Shown here piece by piece: positions 35,419 through 45,362 of a DNA stretch of 64,000 nucleotides. The translations under genes and the position numbers were made by a program. Position 1 is the stretch's first letter, and every line of letters begins with the position of its first letter. Source of the DNA: a virus; IMG/VR virus record IMGVR_UViG_3300045988_123080; one strand, given 5' to 3'. A model generated the notes under the pieces. That model ran no database searches. It was given only the letters and a program-made list of their open reading frames with translations, and was not told where the DNA came from.

Positions 35419-38400
35419 ATGTCAGATAATTTTGTAAATCTTCATGTACATACAGCGCAGGGTTCGTTACTTGACTCTATTCTTACCGTCAAGGAACTTG
35501 TAAACTTTGCCAAAGAAAATGGCCAGAAAGCAATCGCGGTTACAGACCACGGGAAAATGCACTCTTTTGTTGACCAAGTTAAGGCTTGCAAGGAAGCAGG
35601 TATTAAGCCTATCATCGGCTGTGAAGTCTATGAAGTAGATAATCAGGCAGAGAAAGCCGATACAAAAGACTATAAACAACCTCGTTACCATCTTGTTTTA
35701 CTAGCAAAGAACGAGACCGGTTTAAAAAATCTATTTAAGATTGTTTCAAATGCTTGCGTTGATGGTATGTATAAAAAGCCTCGAACTTCTTTGAACATTA
35801 TTGAACAGAACGAGTGGGGTAAAGGTATCATCTGTCTTACAGCCTGTCAAGTTGGTCGAATGAGTAGATTACTTGTTGATGGCAACGAGACTGAAGCATG
35901 GCAGTTATGGAACAAACTGGAATGGATCTTTGATGACGTGTTTATGGAAGTACAGTCACATGATACGCCAGATCAAGCTGAGGCCAATGCAAAAATTGCG
36001 GCGTTTATTAGGAAATACGACTTGCCGTATACCATTACGACCGATGCTCACATGCTTTCTAAAGAAGATATTGATGCACACTCTGTCTTTGTTGAGATTG
36101 GAGAAGGCCGAGAAGTTGGTGAAAGCTACGTTGACTGCTATCTTCAGACTGAAAACGATGTTTTGAGAACGCTATCAAAGCAGTTTGATGAGGACTTTAT
36201 CAAAAAAGGCTGTGAGATGTCTGTGAAAATCGCAGACATGATTGATGATATCGATATCGGTCTTGGACAGCCGAACCAGATGCCAGAAGTGAAAATTGAG
36301 GGAAAATTTGATTCTCATTTTGATTATCTTCGGCACCTTGTATATGCCACTTTTAATAAAAAATTCGGGTGGATGAGTGAAGTGGAACAGCAAACCCGGC
36401 GGAATCGTATTGAGATGGAACTGGATGTTTTGAAGTATGTTGATTATATTGACTATTTCATTATGCTGTATATGCTTTGCAAAAAGGCTGATGAACGCAA
36501 AATTCCTCGTGGGTACTCTCGTGGTTCTGGCGCAAATTGTCTTTGCCTTTTTATGGAGAATGTTACTCAGATTGACTCTGTTCGTTGGGATCTTGACTTC
36601 TCTCGCTTTGCAAACAAAGGTAGAAAGAGCCTGGCCGACTTCGACTTCGATGTCTCTAAACGTCGTCGAAAGGAACTTATTGCTATTGCAGAAGAACTTT
36701 TCGGCAAAGAAAATGTTGCTCCTATCGCTACGTTTAACTCTTTGTCTACAAAAGTTGCCATCAAAGATATTGGCAAAGTTCTGAACGAAGACCCAGAAAG
36801 CCCGTATTATATGCAGATTCCGTATGAATTACGTAATGAGGTCGCCAAGTTAATTCCGACTGTAAAAACGCTGGATGATCTTGGCGAAGAAGTTGAAAAG
36901 GAAGTTCTACTAAAGGATATCCTCGGAAAGAGTGAACAGCTTTCTAATGTATATGACAAGTTTCCTCTATGGTTCAAATACGTTATGCGTCTTGAGGGTC
37001 TGCCTAAGAGTATGGGTCGCCATGCTGCCGGTACATTGATTACGCCCAAGCCTGTCATTGAATATTGTCCTCTTTGTATGGACAGAGAAGGCAATCAGAT
37101 GTGCCAACTTGAGATGCACAATGCCATGGATGATTTGTCGCTGGTCAAGATGGACTTCCTTGGTCTTGAGAATCTGGACATTATTGACGATACGTTAAAG
37201 ATGGCTGGATTAACATGGGAAGATGTCGATATCAACCATCTTGATCTAAGTGATAAGGCTGTCTATGATACCGTCTACAAGTCGGGCAACACAATTGGCA
37301 TTTTCCAGATGGAATCTGCAGAAGCACGAAAGATGTGTGTTGAAGCAAAGTGCGATAATGCTGAGGATATCATTGTTGTGAACGCAGCGAATCGTCCTGG
37401 TACTAAGGACAGCTTCCCGACGTATTGCTCCAATAAACTTCATCCAGAGACTATCAAACTACTCCATCCTGACATCAAACAGCTTTTTGCTAAGACGCAA
37501 TACATTCTTCTTTATCAGGAACAGGCACTAGCGGTATTCCGCTATGCAGGATTCCCTGAAACTGAGGTTGACAATGCTCGTCGTGCCATCGGCAAGAAAA
37601 AGAAAGATGTTATGGCATCCTTGGAAGTTCAGTTCCGAGATGGTCTTCACAAGAAAGGATGGAATGATTACCAGATTTCTGAGATGTGGGCACTAATCTT
37701 GAAGCAGGCTTCTTATTCCTTTAATAGAGGCCACGCAGTTGCGTATGGACTTCTTTCTTACCTGACGGCTTACCTGAAAACTCATTATACTGAGTATTTC
37801 ATGGCTGCGTGTATGATTACCAAGGAAGACGATTCTGGCAAAATGGGTGTGTTTATCAACGAATGCGACCGTCTACATATTCGTGTCCTTCCTCCAAGTG
37901 TCAACAAGTCTGATATGGAATTTAAGGCTGATGCGGAAAAGCACACAATCCTGTTTGGTTTGAAAGCCATTAAGGGAATGGGTGAGAGTGTCGCTTCAGG
38001 AGTGATTGCAGACCGTCCATATTCTGGACTGGCAGACTTTGTTCAGAGAGCAAACGGTGGTAAGATTGGAACCTCAAATGTTGTCAAGTTGATTAAGGCT
38101 GGCGCTATCCCGACAAAGGATAAGAAAAAAATCTTAATCACTTTTGCAAATATGGTTTTTGAGAATGAGTATAAAGAGAAAGGATTCCATGAGATGGCGT
38201 CTCTCCCTAAGATTTCCATTCTTAAAGACGAATACGGCATTGATACGGACTCTATTAAAGACAAACCAACCAGACTTGCCTTATATAATAAGGTAAGAAG
38301 GGAGCGCTGGGAAGCGGGCACATGGAATCGAAAGAAAGAAAAAGACAAAAAGCGGAATGCATTTATGCAGGCGTTTGCTGAAAAGTATATGCAAGACGAG

Positions 38401-38763
38401 CACATGTGGGAATTTGAAACTCTTTCAATGTTTTTGACTAGCAATCCCATTAAGGATGCTTGCACCTATATTGATGCTGGTCTTGATACTGTAGAAGATG
38501 GCGGTAAGGCAACTGCTATTTGTGTCATCGTAGATATCCAAAAAAAGAAGGATAAACGTGGCAACCAGTTTGCGTACTTACATGTTTACACGACAGGTGG
38601 TATTGTCGAAATGATTTGTTGGGCATCTCAGTATGCACGATATTCAAGTCTGATTTCAAAGGGTAACGATCTTGCAATCCTTTGCAAGAGAAAAGAAAAT
38701 TCGTACATTGTTGAGAAGATGAAGCCTTATAAGCAGTGGCTGCATGATAGAGAGATAGCGTAA
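35419..38763 (+). CDS. dnaE: DNA polymerase III alpha subunit (DnaE-type, PHP domain)
   Basis: N-terminal PHP signature NLHVHTAQGSLLDS...AVTDHGKMHS; 1114 aa. Confidence 0.75.
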   Translation: MSDNFVNLHVHTAQGSLLDSILTVKELVNFAKENGQKAIAVTDHGKMHSFVDQVKACKEAGIKPIIGCEVYEVDNQAEKADTKDYKQPRYHLVLLAKNETGLKNLFKIVSNACVDGMYKKPRTSLNIIEQNEWGKGIICLTACQVGRMSRLLVDGNETEAWQLWNKLEWIFDDVFMEVQSHDTPDQAEANAKIAAFIRKYDLPYTITTDAHMLSKEDIDAHSVFVEIGEGREVGESYVDCYLQTENDVLRTLSKQFDEDFIKKGCEMSVKIADMIDDIDIGLGQPNQMPEVKIEGKFDSHFDYLRHLVYATFNKKFGWMSEVEQQTRRNRIEMELDVLKYVDYIDYFIMLYMLCKKADERKIPRGYSRGSGANCLCLFMENVTQIDSVRWDLDFSRFANKGRKSLADFDFDVSKRRRKELIAIAEELFGKENVAPIATFNSLSTKVAIKDIGKVLNEDPESPYYMQIPYELRNEVAKLIPTVKTLDDLGEEVEKEVLLKDILGKSEQLSNVYDKFPLWFKYVMRLEGLPKSMGRHAAGTLITPKPVIEYCPLCMDREGNQMCQLEMHNAMDDLSLVKMDFLGLENLDIIDDTLKMAGLTWEDVDINHLDLSDKAVYDTVYKSGNTIGIFQMESAEARKMCVEAKCDNAEDIIVVNAANRPGTKDSFPTYCSNKLHPETIKLLHPDIKQLFAKTQYILLYQEQALAVFRYAGFPETEVDNARRAIGKKKKDVMASLEVQFRDGLHKKGWNDYQISEMWALILKQASYSFNRGHAVAYGLLSYLTAYLKTHYTEYFMAACMITKEDDSGKMGVFINECDRLHIRVLPPSVNKSDMEFKADAEKHTILFGLKAIKGMGESVASGVIADRPYSGLADFVQRANGGKIGTSNVVKLIKAGAIPTKDKKKILITFANMVFENEYKEKGFHEMASLPKISILKDEYGIDTDSIKDKPTRLALYNKVRRERWEAGTWNRKKEKDKKRNAFMQAFAEKYMQDEHMWEFETLSMFLTSNPIKDACTYIDAGLDTVEDGGKATAICVIVDIQKKKDKRGNQFAYLHVYTTGGIVEMICWASQYARYSSLISKGNDLAILCKRKENSYIVEKMKPYKQWLHDREIA

Positions 38764-38775
38764 GAGGGTTATAAA

Positions 38776-41106
38776 GTGGCAGATAAAAAATTCAATGAAA
38801 ATATGATCCGTTGCTACATCAGGATAAAACGAGTCTTTTATCCGAAAGATGGGAAGGAGGTGGAGCCCGGCGGCTTTGCCACTTTCTCTGCCGAGGTGGT
38901 AAAAGTCAAGCAGGGGAACCCCATTATGAGCCGATACAGTGACCTCCGACTGAAAGGCAACGTCCCTAGCCTTGATATGGATAAGACTTATTCGGTCTGT
39001 GGTGAGTATGTTCACCATGAAAAGTTTGGGGACCAGTATAAAATCGTCTATATGAACGAGTTCCAAGAGATTACTGACCCAGAAGAACAGAAAAGCTTTC
39101 TCCATTTTATCTTGACAGAACATCAGTTTGAGATGCTTTACGAAGCATTTGATAATCCGTATGAAATCATCAAGAACGGTGATATCAAGTCTCTTTGCAC
39201 TGTTAGTGGCATCACAGAAGGTCGAGCACAGAAAATTATCGATGCCTTTGAAAATAACATTGATAACAGCGAAGCATACACGAAGCTGATTGAGTATGGC
39301 TTGACTCCCAGTGCTATCGGAAAACTTGTTCATCAATATCACGGTGCAGACACTCTTGTAAGAAAGATTGAAGAGAACCCTTATGTTTTGATTGACGATG
39401 TATATGGTATTGGTTGGAAGAAAGCTGACGCTCTTGCATTGAATATGGGATTAAAGCCAAACTCTCAATTCCGAATTGAAGCTTACGTTATGCATTTTCT
39501 TGCCGACCGTGCCGAAGAAGGCAATTCTATCATCCCGGCAAACCAGACAATCAATAGTTGCATTAAGGAACTTGGCTTGGATGAGGGTGACCAAGAGATT
39601 ATCAAGAGAGCACTTTTCCATCTGCACGATGTCCGCGAAACGCTTTGGTGGAGTGATGATCGTCAGGAATTTGCTTTAACAAGAGTGTGGAATCTGGAAA
39701 ATGAGATTGCAAAGGAAATCAAGCGTCTGGCGGACGCACCTATCGAGCCGATTGGCCGAAACATGGATACTGCAATCGACGAGGCAGAGCGTGCTCTTGG
39801 TATTGAGTACACCGAGGAGCAGAGAGATGCTATTAAAAAGGTATGTTCAAACAACATTGCTATTGTCACAGGTCTAGGTGGATGCGGTAAAAGTACCGTT
39901 GTCGCTGGTGTCCTAAAGGTTCTTCGTGGTAAGTCGTTTGCCCAGACTGCACTCTCTGGTCGTGCTGCTGCTCGTATGCAGGAGATTACTGGTCAGGACG
40001 GCAAGACAATTCACCGCCTCCTTGGTTACGACATTGAAAATGGTGGCTTCGTTCATGATAAAAACAATCCTTTGGAGGAAGATATTATCATTTTGGATGA
40101 GACATCTATGGTTGGGGCCAAACTGTTCTACGACTTGATTCAAGCGATTGAAACTGGCAAGCGATTTATTATGATTGGTGATGACGGCCAGCTTGAGAGC
40201 ATTGGCATGTGCAATATTTTCAAGGATATGCTTGCCTCCAAGGTTGTTCCGGTTGCTCGCTTGACTAAGATTCACCGTCAGGCTGCTAAGTCAGCGATTA
40301 TCACTGAGAGTATCAAGGTTCGTAATGCCACGCAGTTGGTTCCTTACGGTTGGGCTGGTAATGAGATTCGTGGCGAGCTGCGTGATTTGGAGCTTGATAT
40401 CTATAAGGATGCAGGCGAGTCATTTAGCCACATCATCAATCAGTATCGTACCTTATATAATAAGGTAGGGAACGATAGTGCAAAGATTCAGATTGTACTT
40501 CCACAGAAGCTGCGTGGTAGTATCTGTACTTATGAAGTCAATAATGCTATTCAGGAAATTGTGAATCCGAGTCGTGGTCAAGCAGAAGCAAAGGTCACAA
40601 TCTATGGTGATGGCAAGGATAGGGTGTATACTCTGCGTGAGGGTGATCAGGTCATCATCAACAAGAACAACTATGAGCTTCACACATACAATCTCAAGAC
40701 AAAGAAAAAAGAAGAGAAGTGTCCGGTGTTTAACGGAAACCGTGGCATTATCCGAAAGATTGAGAGTAGCTTTATCCTGGTTGATTTTGACCAGTGGGGA
40801 ACAATCTTCATCCCTCACTACTTTGGTGGCAATAACATCTGGGCAACGCTTGAGCTCGCTTACGCTCTGAGTTGTCATAAGCTGCAGGGCAGTGAAGCTC
40901 CGTATGTGATTGTTGGCATGGACAACTCTGCGTACCTGATGCTGACGAGAGAATGGCTCTATACGGCCATCACTCGTGCCAAGAAGTATTGTGTGATTTG
41001 CGCCGAAACTCATGCTCTTGATCGGGCTGTAAAGACTTCGAGAGTTCCATATAAGCGGACGTTCTTGAAGGAATTTTTACGGAAAGAATTTGCAGAAAAG
41101 CATTGA
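38776..41106 (+). CDS. RecD-like SF1 DNA helicase
   Basis: Walker A GLGGCGKST, Walker B IILDETSM, motif V/VI LSCHKLQGSEAPYVIV; 776 aa. Confidence 0.6.
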   Translation: MADKKFNENMIRCYIRIKRVFYPKDGKEVEPGGFATFSAEVVKVKQGNPIMSRYSDLRLKGNVPSLDMDKTYSVCGEYVHHEKFGDQYKIVYMNEFQEITDPEEQKSFLHFILTEHQFEMLYEAFDNPYEIIKNGDIKSLCTVSGITEGRAQKIIDAFENNIDNSEAYTKLIEYGLTPSAIGKLVHQYHGADTLVRKIEENPYVLIDDVYGIGWKKADALALNMGLKPNSQFRIEAYVMHFLADRAEEGNSIIPANQTINSCIKELGLDEGDQEIIKRALFHLHDVRETLWWSDDRQEFALTRVWNLENEIAKEIKRLADAPIEPIGRNMDTAIDEAERALGIEYTEEQRDAIKKVCSNNIAIVTGLGGCGKSTVVAGVLKVLRGKSFAQTALSGRAAARMQEITGQDGKTIHRLLGYDIENGGFVHDKNNPLEEDIIILDETSMVGAKLFYDLIQAIETGKRFIMIGDDGQLESIGMCNIFKDMLASKVVPVARLTKIHRQAAKSAIITESIKVRNATQLVPYGWAGNEIRGELRDLELDIYKDAGESFSHIINQYRTLYNKVGNDSAKIQIVLPQKLRGSICTYEVNNAIQEIVNPSRGQAEAKVTIYGDGKDRVYTLREGDQVIINKNNYELHTYNLKTKKKEEKCPVFNGNRGIIRKIESSFILVDFDQWGTIFIPHYFGGNNIWATLELAYALSCHKLQGSEAPYVIVGMDNSAYLMLTREWLYTAITRAKKYCVICAETHALDRAVKTSRVPYKRTFLKEFLRKEFAEKH

Positions 41107-41131
41107 CAATTATGTGCGTATCCTGTATAAT
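41103..41131 (+). promoter_or_regulatory. consensus sigma70-type promoter TTGACA-17-TATAAT (embeds reverse copy of 18-bp motif) reading into tnpB
   Basis: TTGACA 41103-41108 overlapping helicase stop, 17-bp spacer, TATAAT 41126-41131. Confidence 0.65.
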
Positions 41132-41178
41132 ATAGTTATAAAAAGTCTCCATCCCGGAGGCTTAAAATTCTCTTTTAA

Positions 41179-41196
41179 CTATATAATACAGGATAC
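41179..41196 (+). promoter_or_regulatory. recurrent 18-bp motif CTATATAATACAGGATAC (forward copy 4) abutting tnpB start
   Basis: inverted with the copy at 41118-41135 around a 43-bp spacer carrying a short hairpin. Confidence 0.45.
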
Positions 41197-42360
41197 GTGG
41201 TGAGGAAATTGTTAAAGAGCTTCAAGACGGAAATCAATCCGACAGTCGAGCAAAAAATTAAGATTAACAAGACTATTGGCACTTGTAGATACATTTACAA
41301 CTTCTATATCGGTCACAACAGAGCTTTATACGATAAAGGCGAAAAGTTTATGACTGGCAGGAGTTTTAGCGTATGGCTCAATAATGAGTACATTCCTAAT
41401 AATCCTGAAAAAATATGGATTAAAGAAGTAAGTTCCAAGTCCGTAAAGAAGTCTATCGAGGATGCAAATACTGCTTTTACAAGATTTTTTAAACATCAGA
41501 GTGGATTTCCTAAATTCAAAAAGAAAGGTAAATCTGATGTAAAAATGTATTTCGTAAGGAACAATCCTAATGATTGTAGGTGTGAGAGACATAGGTTGAA
41601 CATACCAACTTTAGGTTGGGTACGCATTAAAGAAAAAGGCTATATACCAACAACTAAAGACGGATGGAAAATCAAAAGCGGTACAGTATCCATCAAAGCA
41701 GGCAAATATTATGTGTCAGTTCTTGTAGAAATTCCCAATACTAAGATTGCTAATAATAGCAATGACGGTATAGGAATTGACCTGGGTTTGAAAAAACTGG
41801 CGATTGTTTCTAATGGTATAACTTATAAAAATATCAATAAGTCAACAAGGGTTAAAAAATTGGAAAAGAAATTGCGCAGAGAACAAAGATGTCTCTCACG
41901 CAAGTATGAGAATTTAAAGAAAGGAGAGTCCACTCAAAAGAATATACAAAAGCAAAAGCTCAAAGTACAAAGACTTCATCATAAAATAGACAATATCCGT
42001 ACTGACTATATCAATAAATCAATAGCAGAGATAGTGAAAACCAAGCCATTTTATATAACTATTGAAGATTTGAATGTATCAGGAATGATGAAGAACAGGC
42101 ATCTATCAAAATCCATTGCATCACAAAAGTTCTATGAATTTAGAACCAAGATTAAAGCTAAGTGTGATGAAAATGGTATTGAATTAAGAGTAGTAGACAG
42201 ATGGTATCCATCATCCAAAATGTGTCACTGTTGTGGTGCTATCAAGAAAGATTTAAAGCTTTCAGATAGAATATACCGTTGTGATTGTGGCTATGTCGAG
42301 GATAGGGATTTTAATGCTGCTCTTAATCTAAGAGATGCTTTAACTTACGAAGTTGCATGA
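41197..42360 (+). CDS. tnpB: TnpB (OrfB) RNA-guided nuclease-like transposon protein
   Basis: N-terminal LKSFKTEINPTVEQ..NKTIGTCRYIYN; RuvC-I GIDLGLKKLA, RuvC-II ITIEDLNVSGM, Zn finger CHCCG..CDCG, RuvC-III DRDFNAALN. Confidence 0.8.
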   Translation: MVRKLLKSFKTEINPTVEQKIKINKTIGTCRYIYNFYIGHNRALYDKGEKFMTGRSFSVWLNNEYIPNNPEKIWIKEVSSKSVKKSIEDANTAFTRFFKHQSGFPKFKKKGKSDVKMYFVRNNPNDCRCERHRLNIPTLGWVRIKEKGYIPTTKDGWKIKSGTVSIKAGKYYVSVLVEIPNTKIANNSNDGIGIDLGLKKLAIVSNGITYKNINKSTRVKKLEKKLRREQRCLSRKYENLKKGESTQKNIQKQKLKVQRLHHKIDNIRTDYINKSIAEIVKTKPFYITIEDLNVSGMMKNRHLSKSIASQKFYEFRTKIKAKCDENGIELRVVDRWYPSSKMCHCCGAIKKDLKLSDRIYRCDCGYVEDRDFNAALNLRDALTYEVA

Positions 42361-42540
42361 TAAAAGCAAACGTAAGTATGTACTGCGGGCTATCGCAGGA
42401 ATTTACGACTGTGGAGTGTACAAGAACTTGTGAGTAGCGTATTGTTTATAATCGCCAAAGCATGCACATTGAAGCAGTAAGGAGTATCCGCAAGGACTTC
42501 AATTTCTCGATGTGTTTGAGTATATTCAACACATTTTGAG
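42361..42540 (+). ncRNA. candidate omega-RNA (reRNA) scaffold downstream of tnpB
   Basis: multiple stem-loops (ctgcg-ggctat-cgcag; cacattgaag...cttcaatttctcgatgtg; gtgtttgag-tatat-tcaacac) in 180-bp non-coding stretch. Confidence 0.4.
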
Positions 42541-43865
42541 TGGCAGGCTTTATGACAGATAAAGAACTCATAGGTAAGCTTGATGCGATGGTTAAGGCAT
42601 TGCAGAAAGCAAAGAAAAAGACGGACAAGACCCGCATTTTGCTGGATGCACGTAATGATTTTGGAGATGAAGCTGATGAACTGATGGCATTTTTCAGATT
42701 CCTGCTTGACCCTGCGATTGTTACTGGCCTGTCTGACGCAAAGATCAATAAGAAGGTAACTGCAAGGCCGGATATCGATGTTCAGTATCTCAGCTGCGGA
42801 TACCTTTATATTATGGGTGCTAGTCACAATACAGGCTCTGATACATCCATCGCAACAATCCAGAATTATTTACATAAAAATCCTGAATACGAAGAGTTTC
42901 TGAAACGACTGTTCACTAAGAACCTGCCGATCGGAGTCGAGGCAGCTACCATCAATAAGGTGTACGGTGAAGAGATTATTCCTGTATGGGAAGTTCAGCA
43001 GGGATATCCGATTGATAAGGTTAAGCTGAAGCGGAATGAAATGATTTTTGTATCGCGCAAATTAAATGGAGTGCGCGGCACCTTTATCAATGGTCAGCTC
43101 ATTTCCAGACAGGCGCAAAAGTTTACTGGACTTGACCACATTATCAACGATATTAAAAATACTGGCTATTTTGGTTATGTATTTGATGGAGAGTTAATTC
43201 GTAAGAATGTCGATGGTCTGTCAGATAACAAAAATTTCGTTGTTGGGACAGGCATTATTAACAGCGATTCTACAGATAAGAGCTGCATCAAGTTCGTAAT
43301 TTTCGATATGGTTCTACAGAGACAGTTTGAAAATGACGAGTGTGTTGAACGGTATTCAGTTCGTAAACAGCGGCTTCTTGAGCTGAAAGAGAAAATCAAG
43401 CAGCACAATCTTCAAAACATTGAAGTTGTCGAGATGGTCTACGAAGGAACCGACCATTCACAGATTGCTAAATGGCTTGATTATGCTGTTGCAAATGACT
43501 GGGAAGGACTTGTCTGTAACAGAGATGTCCCTTACCGCCGGGCACGACATAATGGATGCCTGAAAATAAAGCGTTTTTATACCGTTGACCTGCGAATCAT
43601 CGCGATTGAGGAAGGTCAGAACCGTCTGGCTGGTACGATGGGTGCTCTGGTCGTTGACTACAATGGTAACGAGCTTCGTGTTGGTTCCGGTTTTGATGAT
43701 ACTACGAGAGCTACCGTTTGGGCGAATCCGGGTGATTATATCGGAAAAATCGTAGAAGTAAAATACAAGGAAAAGTCGTGCGACAAGAAAACTGGTGCTG
43801 AATCCCTGCAGTTCCCGACATTTGTGAGATTCCGAAATGACAAAAATGAGGTGTCTTATGGCTGA
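42540..43865 (+). CDS. ATP-dependent DNA ligase
   Basis: motif I KLNGVRG, III YVFDGELI, IV CIKFVIFDMV, V WEGLVCNR, VI LKIKR; likely start ATG 42552. Confidence 0.7.
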   Translation: MAGFMTDKELIGKLDAMVKALQKAKKKTDKTRILLDARNDFGDEADELMAFFRFLLDPAIVTGLSDAKINKKVTARPDIDVQYLSCGYLYIMGASHNTGSDTSIATIQNYLHKNPEYEEFLKRLFTKNLPIGVEAATINKVYGEEIIPVWEVQQGYPIDKVKLKRNEMIFVSRKLNGVRGTFINGQLISRQAQKFTGLDHIINDIKNTGYFGYVFDGELIRKNVDGLSDNKNFVVGTGIINSDSTDKSCIKFVIFDMVLQRQFENDECVERYSVRKQRLLELKEKIKQHNLQNIEVVEMVYEGTDHSQIAKWLDYAVANDWEGLVCNRDVPYRRARHNGCLKIKRFYTVDLRIIAIEEGQNRLAGTMGALVVDYNGNELRVGSGFDDTTRATVWANPGDYIGKIVEVKYKEKSCDKKTGAESLQFPTFVRFRNDKNEVSYG

Positions 43866-44157
43866 TGTTAGGTTGATTGACGCAAATGCTTTGCTTGACA
43901 AAAATAATTGGACAATCAAGCAATACAGTGAAGAAGAAGCCAATGCTTGGAGAGACGGCATTGCCCTTATGAAGAAGAACATTGAAAACGCTCCAACCAT
44001 CGACCCGAAAACGCTGCGGCCGGTGGCACACTGGGAAGAGAGCGTTTGCTTCGACGATGCCTTTTGGGTGTGCTCGAACTGCAAGTTTCCTAGTGAAGCG
44101 ATAGCTGCACCCCGTCTTTATCACTATTGCCCGGTGTGCGGGTCGAAGATGGAGTGA
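43837..44157 (+). CDS. hypothetical Zn-ribbon protein (paralog of 54895-55263)
   Basis: probable ATG 43858 after GAGGTG; AHWEE..C.DD..WVCSNC...YCPVCGSKME. Confidence 0.45.
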   Translation: MTKMRCLMADVRLIDANALLDKNNWTIKQYSEEEANAWRDGIALMKKNIENAPTIDPKTLRPVAHWEESVCFDDAFWVCSNCKFPSEAIAAPRLYHYCPVCGSKME

Positions 44158-44245
44158 ATCATGGCTAAAAATAAGTTAAAAGATTCCTTTTATTGGATGG
44201 GTGGAAACGATAAGAATGAAGTAAGCTACGGCTAAGGAGAGGATT

Positions 44246-44650
44246 ATGAAAACTTATTACGCAGTAACCGAAGGTAAATATTCAAATTATCGAATTATTA
44301 CTATTACTGAAGATAAAGAAAAAGCGGAAAGAATCGCTGCAGCTTACGACGGTGATGTCGAAGAGTACGAGGATTGTATTATAAATCCGATTGGCGTTTG
44401 GAAGGTTTATCACTACGAAAAAAATAGAGATTGGCTCGTAATCCGTTCCCATAGAGATGTTGAAGATATTAAAGACAAAGAATGGGAACCTAATTATTTT
44501 GATTCGGCTCCTTACGATAAGGAAATGGTATGGACTATTTATGTAACCGCTGAGAATAGAGAGCTTGCCCAAAAGATTGCTTATGATAAGTATGCTCAGT
44601 GGAAAGCTGAACGGGAGGGCTGGCATGAATCTTTCCAAGAAGTCTATTAA
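44246..44650 (+). CDS. hypothetical protein
   Basis: 134-aa ORF after AAGGAGAGG SD. Confidence 0.45.
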   Translation: MKTYYAVTEGKYSNYRIITITEDKEKAERIAAAYDGDVEEYEDCIINPIGVWKVYHYEKNRDWLVIRSHRDVEDIKDKEWEPNYFDSAPYDKEMVWTIYVTAENRELAQKIAYDKYAQWKAEREGWHESFQEVY

Positions 44651-44903
44651 ACATATTCTTCGGATTCTGGATAACAAATGTGTTGAGAATCCATCCAAAA
44701 CCACAACAATTAGCTTTGGCGGTAATCGAATTCCAACTCGTGAATTCACGCCTAAGAATAAAGAAGCGTATGGATGGTGGACTATTGTTTACGTTCCATC
44801 CGAAGGTTACTTTTGGGGAATCAAGAATGAAATGTCTGAGGAGTTTGGGATGGATTTGGATAGTCCAGATATCTGGTCTCCTGCACAGCTTGCCGATTTG
44901 TGA
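44616..44903 (+). CDS. hypothetical protein
   Basis: ATG 44616 after GGGAGGG; track ORF 44565-44903. Confidence 0.4.
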   Translation, partial: RAGMNLSKKSIKHILRILDNKCVENPSKTTTISFGGNRIPTREFTPKNKEAYGWWTIVYVPSEGYFWGIKNEMSEEFGMDLDSPDIWSPAQLADL

Positions 44904-44913
44904 GGTGTTTAAA

Positions 44914-45126
44914 ATGCTACTTTTAACGCAAGACGGGAATATTGTAAACCTAGAACGTATGGTAACCATTGATACCGCAAGCCTTAATGTTTATGTAAGG
45001 CATGGCATGAACGAGCGTGGAATTATTCTTGGTAGCTACAATACTGAGTCGAGATGTTATGATGTTATCGCAAATATTCTTGACTGCTATCGAAAAAATG
45101 AGAAAGTATACATAATGCCAAAATGA
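44914..45126 (+). CDS. hypothetical protein
   Basis: ATG 44914 after TGAGGTG; track ORF 44680-45126. Confidence 0.4.
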   Translation: MLLLTQDGNIVNLERMVTIDTASLNVYVRHGMNERGIILGSYNTESRCYDVIANILDCYRKNEKVYIMPK

Positions 45127-45362
45127 ACGACTTCCGAAAACTAGCCATCCCAAAGAAAGAACGACTTGAAGTTCAACTTACCGATGGCACAGAAGAACAT
45201 AATATATTGTACATAATTACATCTCTAGCCACTATTAAAGGTGCTGAGATTTTTAAAAATTTTCGTTTGTATTCTGTAGGCTCCGCCGGGGAGCTCAACT
45301 TATTAGAGAAGCAAGACGGCGATCCCTACTTTGATAAGCTGAAAGGAACAGAATATGAGTAA
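45123..45362 (+). CDS. hypothetical protein
   Basis: 79-aa ORF overlapping previous stop. Confidence 0.4.
   Translation: MNDFRKLAIPKKERLEVQLTDGTEEHNILYIITSLATIKGAEIFKNFRLYSVGSAGELNLLEKQDGDPYFDKLKGTEYE

Larger units (their letters stand above)
41136..42545 (+). mobile_element. tnpA-less IS200/IS605-family (IS1341-like) TnpB element, approximate extent
   Basis: tnpB ORF plus structured 3' flank; inserted between helicase and ligase; ends not mapped. Confidence 0.45.

Noticed and set aside
41179-41196. Resemblance of the recurrent motif (TAATACAGGATAC) to T7-class single-subunit RNAP promoters (TAATACGACTCACTATAG)
   Set aside because: Two copies occur in reverse orientation while all genes are on one strand, and those copies coincide with canonical sigma70 -35/-10 boxes; no phage RNAP gene in window; similarity is limited to TAATAC
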